From Octopus sinensis (Eukaryota), in contig NC_043009.1 in assembly GCF_006345805.1 (NCBI RefSeq), positions 30,380,001 through 30,444,000 on the forward strand: 64,000 bases of DNA, given 5' to 3'. Of the stretch, positions 12,834 through 26,539 are shown in pieces (position 1 is the first letter of the stretch; every line of letters starts with the position of its first letter). The notes under the pieces were generated by a model. It saw nothing but the letters and a program-made list of their open reading frames with translations, had not been told where the DNA came from and did not search any database. The position numbers and the translations under genes were made by a program.

Positions 12834-13150
12834 GCGCGTGGCTTAGTGGTTAGGATACTCGACTCACGATCGTAAGGTCGTGAGTTCGATTCCCTGCGGC
12901 ACGCTGTGTACTTGAGCAACTCACTTTTTTTTCATGCTGTTCATCTCCGCTCAGCGAAAGTGAGAAATACCTGTAATCCAAAGGGTCAGCCTTGTCTCAT
13001 TTAGTTCCACTTTGAATCTCTCTCAGAATTACATTCAAGGTACGCATGTCTGTGGAGTACTCAACCATGTGCACGTTAATTTCTTGAACAGGTTGTTCCG
13101 TTGATTGGATCAACTGGAAACCTTGTCGTCGTAATCGACGGAGTACTAGT
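12834..13150 (+). mobile_element. tRNA-derived SINE family D
   Basis: A-box-like tggcttagtggttagg and B-box-like gagttcgattccc; body shared with 15088-15376 and 44426-44742. Confidence 0.85.
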
Positions 13151-13650
13151 TTACTTACCTTCAGAGCACTAAAACAATTCTATTGCTGTTCACACTCACA
13201 AACATAAATACATACACAAACATATACACTCATACTTACAAGTATACAACTTATGTTTTTAAGTTTAGCTATTCTGTCAGCCTATTTCTTATACTGCCAC
13301 ATGACATCTTCCCTGGATTTGCATAGCCTTGACTTTTGGTGCAATTAATGACCATTCAATGGTATTCAATGGTATGCAAACACAGACGTGTTATTAATAC
13401 TGCCCTACGACGCATTCACTGGAGGGTCACAGGCTTTCTTTGGTGCATTTACCGTGCACTGAGTCACATGACGATGACGTTAAAACGCGAACGTCGTGGA
13501 AGACGAGAAAGTTGCTCTGTTAGACCATGTGTCCAACTTTAACCAATGAAACTGTATAGAAACTGGTAACAGTGTGAGCCATTATGTTTTCTGAAAAATA
13601 AATGAAATTTCAGTCTCTGCCAGCATCGTAATAAATACGTGTATCTCTAG

Positions 13651-13709
13651 AGGCCTTCACCTCATACTGCCTTTCAAAATCAACAAATTCTGAAACTGTT
13701 TAAGTGGAG
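13651..13709 (+). other. candidate small exon (59 nt)
   Basis: gtatctctag| acceptor and consensus donor GAG|gtaagt; one frame is open (RPSPHTAFQNQQILKLFKW). Confidence 0.25.
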
Positions 13710-13744
13710 GTAAGTAAATCTTTCTAGAGATTCCAATTGGGCGC

Positions 13745-14010
13745 AAACATTGCTCTGTGGTAAGAAGTTTGCTTCCGAACCACACAATTCCAGGTTCGGT
13801 CCCAATAGGTGGCTCCTTGGGCAAGTATCTTCTACAACAGCCCGGGCCGAGCAAAGCATTAGGAATAGATTTGGTAGACAGAAAGTGAAAGAAGCCCATT
13901 TTTTATATATAGGTGTGGGGGTGTATTTGCGTTTGAACCCGGTATTGGCTTGTGTACGACCACATAACTTCAGAATAAATGACCAATAGAATAAGTACCA
14001 CGGTTAAAAG
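13745..14010 (+). mobile_element. SINE family B
   Basis: ctgtggtaagaagtttgcttccgaaccac...gatttggtagacagaaagtgaaagaagccc. Confidence 0.8.
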
Positions 14011-14457
14011 AATAAATAGATTGAGACTGGTATTTAAGATTTCACAAAACAATGTTAGCAAGTGATAAGGTTAAGGTGGTTGGTGGCTTTGTATTACTTA
14101 TAGTTTTTCACCTGTTTATTTTCAGTTGGTGTTGATTATTACTTAAGTATGTCACAGTGTGATTAATATCGGATATTTGTTAATAATATGCTTTAATCAC
14201 CAGAAGAGTAAGTAGATAGTTTCAAAGGTTATGGGTCAGCATGTTTGACTTTAGGGGATAGTTGTCCTGGAAAATATTTGGTTCAATTTATATATTTTTA
14301 GCGTATGACTTTAAGGGGGTGAGGGTTTTGAATGCTATTTTATGTAAATATTTCTTTTATTCAGTTTCAAGCAAGGGTATTTTGCATGTTATTTGTAATT
14401 ATTAAAAAATACATAAATATACAGAGAGACAGAAGACATATACACATACAAACGTTG

Positions 14458-14498
<41 letters not shown>

Positions 14499-14749
14499 TA
14501 AAAATGTCTGTGTGTATAAGTGGCCGATATTTCAAGTTTTCACAAATATATCTCAGAGACACGTGTTCCTCTAATTGTCATCTCTAGAAGCATTATTAAT
14601 CTGTTATCATGGTTATAAGCTTATTGGCGTCTTAAATATATCTGTTATGCACTTAACTGTGTGTGTATTTAAGTATGTGCACAGGATTTTGTAATATATA
14701 TAATGAGTGGGTAATGAGTGTATACTGCAAGAATGGTCCGGTTCTTGTC

Positions 14750-14815
14750 CCATTTTGTATGTATATATATATATATATAATATATATATATATATATTAT
14801 ATATATATATATATT

Positions 14816-14846
<31 letters not shown>

Positions 14847-15042
14847 CATATATATATACATATATATATATACACACACACACATATATATACATACATA
14901 TATATACACACACACACATACATATACACACACATACATACATATACATACACTCGCACTTATATATAAATACATACACACACACATATATACATATACT
15001 CACACACATACACACACACACATACATACATATATATATATA

Positions 15043-15087
<45 letters not shown>
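14750..15087. repeat. compound (TA)n/(CA)n microsatellite
   Basis: Directly visible. Confidence 0.95.
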
Positions 15088-15091
<4 letters not shown>

Positions 15092-15376
15092 GAGGATTCC
15101 GTCGGTTACGACGACGAGGATTCCAGCTGATACGATCAACGGAACAGCTTGCTCGTGAAATTAACCTGCAAGTGGCTCAGCATTCCACAGTCAGGTATAC
15201 ATTTAACGCAGTTCTCAGGGAGATTCAGCGTGAGGCAGAGTGTGACAAGGCTGCCCCTTTGAAATGCAGGTACTACTTACTTTTGCCAGATGAGTGGAAA
15301 TAAAATGTCTTGCTCAATGACACAACTACCTTACGATCATGAGCCGAATGTCTTAAGCACTAAGCCACACGCCTTT
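15088..15376 (-). mobile_element. tRNA-derived SINE family D (reverse)
   Basis: Ends in ...cttacgatcatgagccgaatgtcttaagcactaagccacacgcc, the reverse complement of the family D head. Confidence 0.85.
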
Positions 15377-16362
15377 ATATGTGTGTATGTGTGTGTAATA
15401 AGAAAAGGGAGGAGAATTTCGATTATCTCTACGTGGTGAATTATAATGCAAAAATGAATATATAAAATTAAAGAAGGAAATGTGTTGGTCGAGTGGTTTC
15501 GCTTTTGCTAATTATGACATCGAAATTATTTTAATTTCGTATTTTTAAAAAAGATTTTAGTCCATGTTCTTGTATGGAAGTTTGTGAATGAAACAAGTAG
15601 AAAAATCTATGGGAAGGTAACTGGTGATCGTTATTCGAGAAAGGGGAGGTAATTGCTCATTTTTTTTTCGTATGGGGATAAATAAATATATAGGCAATCA
15701 TACACTGCACACACATACACACACACACACACACACAGACACACTCTCTCTCTCACACACACCACACACACACACCACACACACACACACACGTATATAT
15801 ATACATAATCAGACACTACAAATGACTACAATATTTGGGATTGTAAACGTCTGGAACAGCTTAAGATTTAACAGATGATGAACAAGATACTTTCTTTCAC
15901 AACCTTGCTACAAAGTAGGTGGACGGTCAAAATTTATAATAAAAATAACGATAATAATAATGATGATGATGATGATGATGATCAAGTAGATGAAAGCTAC
16001 TCTCATATTCGTCAGATTCAGAACTAAATTGTCTATTAGAAAAACAGCAAGTTTATGTTAAAAACATGAAGAACCAGTGTAAGATTATACAATTGCAACT
16101 CCCATTCTTTTATCTACACAAAAATTTATCAAATGATTTCTTACAATATTGTGTGTGTATTTCTAAGAGTGCTATGGTGATATTCTTCTACTTGTGATAT
16201 CTTAGTATAACATTGTCAATATAACAGACTTGTCTCTGCAATCCATTTCACATGTTTAACACAAAGAAGAGATCCTCTCTGTGGAGAAAAATGAAAATTC
16301 CTTAGGGTAAGTTAAACATCCCTAAATGTTGTTGACTCTTTTTCAACCAATGATCTGGAATT

Positions 16363-16458
16363 TTAAGTCAACATCACCAATCGTTTTAACCCATCTTTCT
16401 TCCAGAATCACACCCGTACATTCTTAATCCTGATTTCACTCAATCACATCTATATAAC
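16363..16458 (+). repeat. 96 bp direct repeat, copy 1 (partner 17628-17724)
   Basis: ttaagtcaacatcaccaatcgttttaac...caatcacatctat(a/g)taac; 8 substitutions and 1 indel between copies. Confidence 0.9.
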
Positions 16459-17555
16459 TCTAGGAGAAAGCACAAGATGATCAGTCCATAGCATTATAAT
16501 CCATTACCATTTAAACTGACCAAATCTGGTCCAAATATTCTACCCATTTCAGGTTCAAACTGGTCAGATTTGACCTCTCATAGCTACCTTACTCTCTCAT
16601 TATAAATGTAAACAACCACATCAAATTTTTTCAATTTATGAGACAATACATGGTTAATTCCAAACAATGTGACTAAATAAGCATTAGATTTGACAAAGTA
16701 ATCTGTACATTGATGGGTGGAACCTGACAATGGAATAAGTCTAATTCTCAAGAACTGGAACGGTCCCTTCTACAAGATTCCATGTAGTTTCTATCACCAA
16801 ATTTCCCTTGCAAGACATTTGCTGAATATACAATGTAGAAGGATGTAGCTGAAACCATGTTGCTGAGAAGTAAATTTGTTAACCACACGGCTACAATATA
16901 TTAATAGGATTTTGTATGTGAACGAATAAGTAGCTATTATGAGCTTTCTGGTGTCTTAGTCATTTTTGCTGCCATACTGAAATTAGTAGTAATCAATATT
17001 CTTGGTATCATTGTTGTTGTTGTTGTTGTTGTCGAGAAACTGCAGCCATCTCTAATCAAGCAGATATCTTCAACAGCGGTAACCAATTGACTGATTAGAA
17101 CTTACGCAAATTTTATTCTGCTCTGTGTTTGCCAAACTTCAGTCTTTTGGAACCAGCCTAACAATTTTGGCATTCAAGGGTTAGCAGTGTAGCCGTTGTT
17201 GATGATGATAATGCTGATGTTGTTCTTGTTCTTGTTAGAATAAGCCAGATGCTAGTCCTGATCGAGTACACATATGATCAAAGTTATTCTAGTTATAAGA
17301 ATCCAGTGTTTTCTTTTCAGCTGTTATGAACCCTGGACACTATCCAATATGTTCTTTTTATAGACATTAGGTTGTGGTTCATGAGATATTCCACAGCTAT
17401 TTCTTGCAGACTGAGAGACCACCAACAACTTTTATTGTTAGCTTACAACAATTAAAAAGTGTTGTCTCTCTCTCAATGAAAGTATAAAACTATGCTTTGT
17501 TTATATTTGTAATATTGTTGCATTCTGTTTTTTTTTGTTTTTTTTTTTTTTGAAG

Positions 17556-18100
17556 ACTAAAGGATCTGCAATTGTATGTTCTACTAGTGAAGATTTTACC
17601 AGCAATATTTCTCTTGGTGGGATAGAGTTAAGTCAACATCACCAATCGTTTTAACCCCGTCTTCCTCCCAGAATCATACCCATGCATTCTTAATCCTGAT
17701 TCCACTCAATCACATCTATGTAACACTAACCCTACTGGTGATGATGCTACTGGGGGTTGAGATATTTAAAAACTTTCTATTACTTTTGGATCAGATGGTC
17801 TTATGGTCTTAGTTAACTTTGATAAAGATGGAGTATTTGACAATACAGCATAGATATAGACATCTTATGGCTGAGGAAGTTACCATTCCACATTAAGAGA
17901 TGAATCATTGAATGGTATCGAAAAATCACAAGTAGATTGTGATAATTTGATTACCACATTTAGGAAGTGCTTGCTTTCTTCTAAACATGAAACCACGAAT
18001 GATAAATTACAATGTGTGAATAATCCCAGACTCAAAACTTAGAGTACAAGTTAATCTGAACTTTGCAATAATTTTGACTCTGCACTCGATGTGGAGTGAC
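17556..18100 (+). pseudogene. possible decayed coding exon
   Basis: Follows a long T tract plus ag. One register shows codon-like periodicity (GAT/GGT/ACT/AAT, few G3) but carries many stops; contains copy 2 of the 96 bp repeat. Confidence 0.25.
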
Positions 18101-19029
18101 CCTAGCAGCAAATGTTCTGTCATTATTCTTAAATTTGCTTTAAAATGCTCATCTTATTTTAATATATAAATAATAAATTATGTAAACCTGCATTTATTTG
18201 GTATAGTACTGTAATTCCGTTGAAATATATCTTTGGAATGTTTTGAAGAATAGCTTCCTGTTTCCAATTCTCTTAGTAATACTATAATTTTTTTTTATCT
18301 ACCTACTTGAATTATTCAATTTATATATTATTCTTTCGAAAAATACTTGAAGATATTAATCAAGAGTTTTCACTTTCCTCAAGACAAAATTTTCATTTTA
18401 TTTACACAATTTTCTTTTGGAACTAAATTTTAATTCTCAGAGATATCCGCCGAAATATGCAAGAATAATAATATGAATTATGTGATTTTGCTTTTGTTAT
18501 GTTTTATTTGTAAAAGAGCACTAAAATCTTCCATTTTTAAAGCTCTTTTAGAACTAGAATTACTCTAGTGATCAAAATATGGCCGAATACCTATTGATTT
18601 CCTAATTACAGTGCTTCAGACAAGATCTTCTCTTGGGTTATATTTAGAAATTTTGCAGATAGACATTTCAGTATATTATGCTAAAATATATCAATCTTGT
18701 GATATCTAAATTGCTGCTTCTTGTCAAATGGAAATAATCTGGTTGGTGCTTGTTTCCTAATACTTATCTAGGTATTAGCGAGATGATAGAGCAGTTACCT
18801 ACACTTAAACTATAATAATAATGACAAAAATAAAACTGAAATGATGTGGAAGCATTAGATTTCCGTTTATATTTACTGCTGGCTACTAACAGCATGGACA
18901 TTACTAATTTTATTTTATTGCTTTGTCAGAGGAAAAAGAGCCATGCCCACCACCTCTGTTCAAGGGTTTCCAAGATACCACAGAGAAGAGAGAAATGACT
19001 TGTAGACAAGAGACATAGACACAAGGATG

Positions 19030-19455
19030 TCTGTAAAAAGTTTGCTTCTCAGACGCATAATTCCAGGTTCCATCCCACTGCACGGCAATTTGGGCAACTG
19101 GCTTTTACTACAGCTGTAGTCTTGTGAGTGGATTTGGTAGATGGAAACTGAAAGAGGTGAAAAATGCATTAATGACTACAAAATGTACACATAGGAGAGA
19201 CACAGAAAGTCCTTAATTCTTCATCAGTTGTGAGTGTGTGTGAGTGTCATTGCATCTGTGTTTGCCCCCAAAAAACCACCTGACAACCAGTTGTTGGTTT
19301 GCTTAGTGTAGCAGTTCAGCAAAAGAGAATGATGAAATAAGTACCAGATTTAAACAAAGACTAATACAGAGGTCAATTTGTTCCACTAAAATGTTTCCAA
19401 GGTGGTGCCCCAGCATGACCACACTCTCATGACTGAAACAAGTAAAAGATAAAAG
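19030..19455 (+). mobile_element. SINE family B
   Basis: ccaggttccatcccactgcacggcaatttgggcaa...gatttggtagatggaaactgaaaga...gactgaaacaagtaaaagataaaagat. Confidence 0.8.
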
Positions 19456-20349
19456 ATAGACTGCAGGCTGGTTACAGAAATGAATTTCACAGAAGCTGGG
19501 GATGTTAAAATCTCGTTAGAGATTATGTCCTGTAGCTAAGAACAAGAAAAGTTCTACAGACAGGTGACTGTTTACATTTTTGGTTTACATGAATCACTTT
19601 TTACTTACAAGGCTTTAATTAATTCAAAGCTATGGTAGAAGACACCTAATCAATGTGTAATGTAAGAGATTTGAACCCAGATCCCTGTAGCTGAAAATCA
19701 AACCATTTCACCCAAAACCACAATATGAAGTTTCCCTCCCATCCATGTAAAAACACTACATTATTTGGATACACTTAAGGGTTGGCAACAGGAAGAGAAT
19801 CTGTCTCAAGGAATTTCATTGAACCCATTGCCAGCATGGAAAAGTGAGCCTTAAAACATTGATGATGATAATGATGATGAAGACGATGAAATATGAAATG
19901 AGGGAGGAATATTTTGTTAGCATTCAACATTTGATAGACAATTCATAAGTTGTCTTCCTGCTTTATTTAACTAAGATTTTGAGATTTAAAATTTATAATC
20001 TGCTTTCGTATACAATTAAATGAGGAATTAATAAAGAATGTCTCATGACTATTGAGAATCTACTTCACCGATTCTATAATATTTATTGTTTTGCAGTGCA
20101 TCAAAAATTACTGATCACCTCTTGTAAATCTGAGTATTGCAATGTATAACCATGAAGATTTATATAACTTTGCAATGTTTAGTGCTATTTAAGGTTTAAA
20201 GGTGGAGGTAAGAGAAGTTCAATGTCATGCTATTTATATTGACGATATAGGAAAATTCCTATCGTACAAACAAAACAGAAAATGTATTAGGTGTACAAAG
20301 GAAGTGTGGTAATGCATGTGAAGGAAACTTGAATAAGAGGGATGTTATA

Positions 20350-20357
20350 CATAAATG

Positions 20358-20411
<54 letters not shown>

Positions 20412-20631
20412 TATATGTGTGTATATATATGTGTGTATATATATGTGTGTATATATATATATGTGTATATATATATGTGTATATATATGTGCATATATAT
20501 GTGTATATATATATATATATGCATATATATGTATATATATTTGTGCATATATATATATATGTATATATGTGTATATATATGCATGTATATATATATATAT
20601 GCATATATATATATATGTATATATATATATG

Positions 20632-20678
<47 letters not shown>

Positions 20679-20750
20679 ATATATATAATATATATATGTA
20701 TATACAACATACACACACATACATACACATGTATGTATGTATGTATGTAT
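20350..20750. repeat. (TA)n/(TATG)n microsatellite
   Basis: Directly visible. Confidence 0.95.
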
Positions 20751-20964
20751 ACAATGAATGAAATAAATGTCTTTCTATATGCTGGAGATAAACTGGTGAG
20801 GTTTCATTTAACTGAGAAAATAGTTGAAAATGAAAAGGGTGTCAGATGGTGTAAGCAGGAAACATCACTGTACTGAAAGGAAATATGTAAACTGCATGAA
20901 AGATAGTTGTAAGAAGCCAGAATATGGACATTTTGAGGAGATCTTTGCTGAAACTTTGGCACAG

Positions 20965-21110
20965 GCATGGCTGTGTGACAAAAAGTTTGCTTCCCAACCA
21001 CATGGTTCCCAGTTCAGTTCCTCTGTGTGACACTTCTACTATAGCCTCGGGCTGACCTAAGACTTGTAAGTGGATTTGGTACGGAAAATGAAAGAAACCC
21101 GATGTGTGTG
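20965..21110 (+). mobile_element. SINE family B 5' part
   Basis: ggctgtgtgacaaaaagtttgcttcccaaccacatggttcccagttcag. Confidence 0.75.
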
Positions 21111-21120
21111 TATGTGTATA

Positions 21121-21395
21121 ATCATCATCATCATCATCATCATCGTTTAACGTCCGCTTTCCATGCTAGCATGGGTTGGACGGTTCGACCGGGGTCTGGG
21201 GAGCCCGAAGGCTGCACCAGGCCAGTCAGATCTGGCAGTGTTTCTACAGCTGGATGCCCTTCCTAATGCCAACCACTCCGAGAGTGTAGTGGGTGATTTT
21301 ATGTGCCACCGACACAGTTGCCAGATGAGGCTGGCAGACGGCCACGCTCGGATAGTGTTTTTTTATGTGCCACCGACACAGGTGCCAGACGGGCA
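21121..21395 (-). mobile_element. RTE LINE 3'-tail copy (family C) with (GAT)n tail
   Basis: Reverse complement of 39690-39865 (catcatcgtttaacgtccgctttccatgctagcatgggttggacgg). Confidence 0.9.
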
Positions 21396-21410
21396 TATAT
21401 ATATATATAC

Positions 21411-21887
21411 TGTTGTATTTGGGGATGGTCATGTTGCCAGTTTAGCCAATAAAAACACCCACACTACATATTTGGTTTTCACTTGCTTCAGGTTTATTTT
21501 ATATTAATTGTATTTAAGCCAGAGTTCTTTCATCACACTTCTGTGACCTCATCAGTGGTCCTTTGCTTTCTTCTTTCTTGATTTTTTGTGTCCCTCCTTA
21601 CTAGTGAACTGCCATTTCGTGTTCCTATTGTATGTCTTTATTTGCACGTGCTTATATCCCTGTGTGTGTCTATGTTTAGTGTGTGTGTGGGGGAATGTGC
21701 CTGCATTACACATTCATTTCATTTACTTTTATATATTTGTTTTTATCTACATACTTTCCCATTTCTTTTATTTTTTCGATTAAATTAGATTAAATTAAAT
21801 TGATTAATGAAGCAAGTGAACACCAAATGTATAGTGTGTGTGTCTTCATTGGCTAAAGTGGCAACATGACCATCCCCAAATACAACA
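21411..21887. mobile_element. MITE-like element with 80 bp inverted repeats
   Basis: 21411-21490 is the reverse complement of 21808-21887 at ~90% (tgttgtatttggggatggtcatgttgcca...); also visible as the duplicated peptide VVFGDGHVA in the ORF track. Confidence 0.85.
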
Positions 21888-21942
21888 ATATCTGTTTCAA
21901 CACACGAATTCACATCAAAAATCTTGCAAAACAAATATACAG

Positions 21943-21999
<57 letters not shown>

Positions 22000-22045
22000 A
22001 GGTATATATATATAATATATATATGTGTATATATATATATATTAT

Positions 22046-22099
<54 letters not shown>

Positions 22100-22464
22100 T
22101 ATATATATATACCCAGGCTGTGGGGTGCAAGCATTTTGAGTGGCTATCTCCACTTCACTCACAGAAACCGATCAGTGTGTGCTGCATGCTAATAGGAGAG
22201 ATTGCCTTTCCTATAATATTCCCATCATTGTACAACGACAGGTAACACTAATTGGTGGCTCAGCACAAATAAATAACAGGGTGGAGCGTTAAGCAGTTTT
22301 GTGTATAAATATGAGACTTTCCAGTTCAAATATGTTAAGTGAGTCTTGGCACCAAGCAGGGCATCCTGCTAAAGAAAGCTTCAAATTTACTCTGTTCAAC
22401 CCATGCAAGCATGGAAATGTAGACGTTGATTCAGTGATGATGATGATGATGATATATATATAAA

Positions 22465-22735
22465 GGTGCAGGTCTGGCTGTGTGGTGAGTAACATGCTTA
22501 CCAATGACATGGCTTACCAATCCAGGTTCAGTTCCACTGCATGGCACCTTGGGCCGACCAAATCCTTGTGAATAGATTTGGCAGACGGAAACTGAAAAAA
22601 GCCCGTCGTGTGTGTTTTTGTCCCCCCCCAACCATCACTTGACAACCGATGTTGGTATGCTTACATCCAAGTAATTTTGTGCTTCGGCAAAAGATACTGA
22701 TAGAATAAGTACAAGTCTTACAAAGAATAAGTATA
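22465..22735 (+). mobile_element. SINE family B
   Basis: ggctgtgtggtgagtaacatgcttaccaa...gttcagttccactgcatggcaccttgggc. Confidence 0.8.
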
Positions 22736-23057
22736 TATATATAAATATATATGATGGCCATCCACTCGTGACCGAAGAAGACCATTGCTGACCTTCAGGA
22801 ACATTGTGGGCTCTAGGACTAACTTATATTTTGCATTTGCAGCTCCATTGGTGGCTAATGAGCCCTGCTCTTGACAAGCATACACGACTGCAAACATTGC
22901 AGACCAAGCTTTCCCCATTCACTATACGAATGTATACATATATACATACCATATACATATATACATATATATATATATTCACAGGTATATATAGTATTAT
23001 ATTTTTACTTATAGTAGATAGTACTCTCAACTTACATTCTTTTCTACACTAGGCACA

Positions 23058-23255
23058 ATGCCCCTAAGTTGGGGGGAGGGGCCCAGTCAATTGGATTAAC
23101 CCCAGTACACAGCTGGTACTTAATTTATCTACCCTGAAAGGATGAAAGGTAAAGTTGACCTCAGCAGAATTTGAACTCAGAACATAAAGACAAGACAAAA
23201 TACCGCTTAGGATTTCGCCCAGTGTGCTAACATTTCTGCCAGCTCGCCACCTTCT
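23058..23255 (-). mobile_element. SINE family A copy
   Basis: ctggtacttaatttatctaccctgaaaggatgaaaggtaaagttgacctcagcagaatttgaactc. Confidence 0.85.
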
Positions 23256-23369
23256 CTCAACTTGTATACTATGAATATCAATATATATGCAATAATTTTT
23301 TTGTCTAGTACTATAAATTAACTTGGTTTATAACACTATAATTCTCTTTACAGACTATTCAATTCTGTC

Positions 23370-23760
23370 ACTGAAAAATGTGCAAGATGACCATGACAAC
23401 AACAATGATGAGGAGTACAAGAAGAAGGAAAAGGAAGGGCATGAGTATGGTGATGATGATGATGATGCAGATGATGAGAACATGAAAAAAACAACTCCAA
23501 TAATGATGACAATGACAACAGCAATGGTGATGACAGCAATACGGTTGTAATGATGATGACGATGGTGAGAAGGATTAGGAAGAGGAGGAATAAGTGTGAT
23601 GGCAATGCACATGATGACATCTCCAACGATGACAACAGCGACAAATGCAATGATGACGATGATGATAACGACAATGAATTTGATTATAACTACAACGAAG
23701 ATGATGATGATGATAACGACAACGACGACAAGAACAGTCACTACAAAATTTACCAAAAGC
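23370..23760. repeat. degenerate (GAT/GAC/AAC)n low-complexity tract
   Basis: Directly visible. Similar tracts at 3555-3625, 31255-31500, 31960-32210, 46800-47010 and 62810-63170. Confidence 0.9.
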
Positions 23761-24880
23761 AAAACTGGGCAGATGCAATATTATAACAGAAAAATAAAAC
23801 AGGAGAAAAATGAATGTAAAGTTATTTTTTAATTTTTATTTCATTTTCTGCTTCTAAGAGATGCCAAAGCCCCAGCATGGCCACAGTCCAAAGTCTAAAA
23901 CCAGTAAATGAATACTGGTCATAAATGAATTTCTTAGTTATTTTTGTTTTTGTTTTTTTTTTTTAAACTTCACCAATTCTACACAGAACTTCTTACTTTG
24001 GCAGAAAAATAAAATAAATCTATGGAAAATAAAAATAACGGAAAATATTACTTGGCTTTTACTTCCTATTTTTTGGTAGAAATACTTTCAAAATGGTAAA
24101 AAAAAAAATGAAATAAAATAAAATAAAAGTTTCCTGAATCTCTTCTACTATCAACCAGTTGATGCAGAATAGAACTTTTCCAAAATGTTTTCCAGACAAC
24201 TTGATTCATCAAAGAATTTCTAGATATTACTTCACCATTCAGGGAGAAAATTCTCATTCGACTTGTGACGTGAATGGAATTTGTTCCAAAACACACACAC
24301 ACATACACACACACACACAGACACACACACACGCACACACACACAAACATATACATGCATGCACATAAACATACACATGTGTATGTATGTGTATACATAT
24401 GCATATATACACATATATTTTTATTTATATTTATATGCATATGTACATAATATATACATGCATATAACAATATATGTATCTATGTAGTTATATATGTGTA
24501 CATATATATATATATGTAAGTATATATATACATACATATACGTGTGTGTTTGTGTGTGTGTGTGTATGTGTGTGTATGTGTATGTGTGTGTGCGTGTGTG
24601 TGAAGGAGCCACAGATTTTTTTTTATCATTTGCTTCAGAATGAAGTAAATAACTGTACAAACATTAATATAAGAATGAAATAAATAAAAGCCAAATAAAG
24701 AGGTGACCAAGCAAAATAGAGAATAACAATGGTGGATTGTAGAAGGTTAAATAAATGCAAAGTAAGGTCTTTGGTTGTTTATCAATAAGTGAATCTATGA
24801 TTATTTATTCTGGAATACTTATTAAGAATGCTTTAAGAAATAAGAAATATACTGTGTATATGCATATAAGTGTGTGGTGC

Positions 24881-24952
<72 letters not shown>

Positions 24953-25100
24953 ATGTAGAACAGGAAGGGTTTATGCCACTGGAGATCTAAACTAACAGGT
25001 ACATTAGATAAACTATGAGGATCCAAGTTCACAATGGGGTCTGGAGTAGGAGATTTGTAGCTTACTTCCATGTCAGCACATATAAATGATACAAAAAGCA

Positions 25101-25142
<42 letters not shown>

Positions 25143-25244
25143 CATACACACACATATACAGGAATAGAGAGAGAGACAGACAGACAGACTGACAAGCAGA
25201 CAGATTAGAAAATTACTATTTGAAAATCTCACAAGAGATATTCA

Positions 25245-25451
25245 GCAACAGTACTTTGGAGTAAAGATGGTTTGCCAACATAACGTGGGGTGCTAGATTC
25301 CCTTGTTCGATAATATAAGGACACAGAACATGTCGTATAGCCAGCTGGAGACGATGTCTCCTGGGGCTAAATTACACCAATATTAATCCTAAACCAGGAC
25401 TGCCATGTTACATTGGCAAACATTCTTTACTCCAAAGCAGACAGATGTTGC
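25245..25451. mobile_element. short MITE-like element with ~33-40 bp imperfect inverted repeats
   Basis: tactttggagtaaagatggtttgccaacataac (25252-25284) versus gttacattggcaaacattctttactccaaagca (25407-25439). Confidence 0.7.
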
Positions 25452-26495
25452 ATATATTTGCATATACATGTGTTACAGATGTACATAATATTAAATAATC
25501 TTAGATATATTTTCCCCCAAAACTGACTCAGTCTATGTCTGACTCAATAGCACCATCTGATATGGTGTGTGAGATTAATTACAAGTGAAGTTTTTTCGTG
25601 ATATCATGCCCCATTTAATTAGGGAGCCCTTGTCAACTGAGATGTTTCCAAGTATAGGTGGCTTATCCAGTATCCCATGAAGAAATCCTTCCAGATATCA
25701 ATTGAAGGTGATGGGATTTTTTTCTTCTTTTAATTGTTTTAGGATAATATTATAAGCTTGAACTGTGTTGGGAGCATAAAGCATGGGATTTTAGTCTTGG
25801 AGGAATTCTAAATCTGCTGTTAAGGTTTCAGCAATGCTTGTGATGTAGTGGTGTAGGTAAGAATAATATTTCACCCTTTTAAAGTGGTCTCAATAATCAA
25901 AATCAGTCATGCCTTTTATTTTTCTAGTGATTGCTCCCTGGGATAACTTCATGCTTGTAATCTTTTGCTTGATATGACCCCCAGGAAGCAGCAGCGTGTG
26001 TGTGTGTGTATGTGTGTGTGTGTGAGTGTGTGTGTGTGTGTGTGTACATGTGAATAAGCAAAACAATTTTTTGTAACATTCTATAAAACGTATATGCAAT
26101 AAAGAATAATTCCTATCTGTTGACATTAGTATAGCTGGTTTGAAAGATCATGTGTATTTTTATAAATTAATTTCTCTTTCAATCAAGATGGAACTTATTC
26201 ATTCAAAAGCATTTATCATGAATAGATTTTGTAAAATATCAGATTTCTTCCTCTCATCACTTTTACCGTATTTTTAATAGCATTACTTATTTAAGATTTA
26301 CTATTATGGTTCATATATCATTAAAATAGATATAGAATTGATAGTTGTGACTATAATAAAGTTGTATCTTTGGTTAAAAGCTGATCACAGTCCACGAATA
26401 GAAATATCTACAGCGGCAATGCAAGTCCGCAGCTACACACACACACCTATGTATATATATGTACATATATATGTGTGTATGTGTATGTATGTATA

Positions 26496-26539
<44 letters not shown>

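Noticed and set aside
12834-12910. tRNA-like sequence with A and B boxes
   Set aside because: No complete cloverleaf, and it continues into a repeat body shared with other copies; it is a SINE head, not a tRNA gene.
23323-23832. Asp/Asn-rich and poly-Met/His ORFs suggesting an acidic biomineral protein
   Set aside because: Open in several frames on both strands because of GAT-type low complexity; no splice signals or unique domain.
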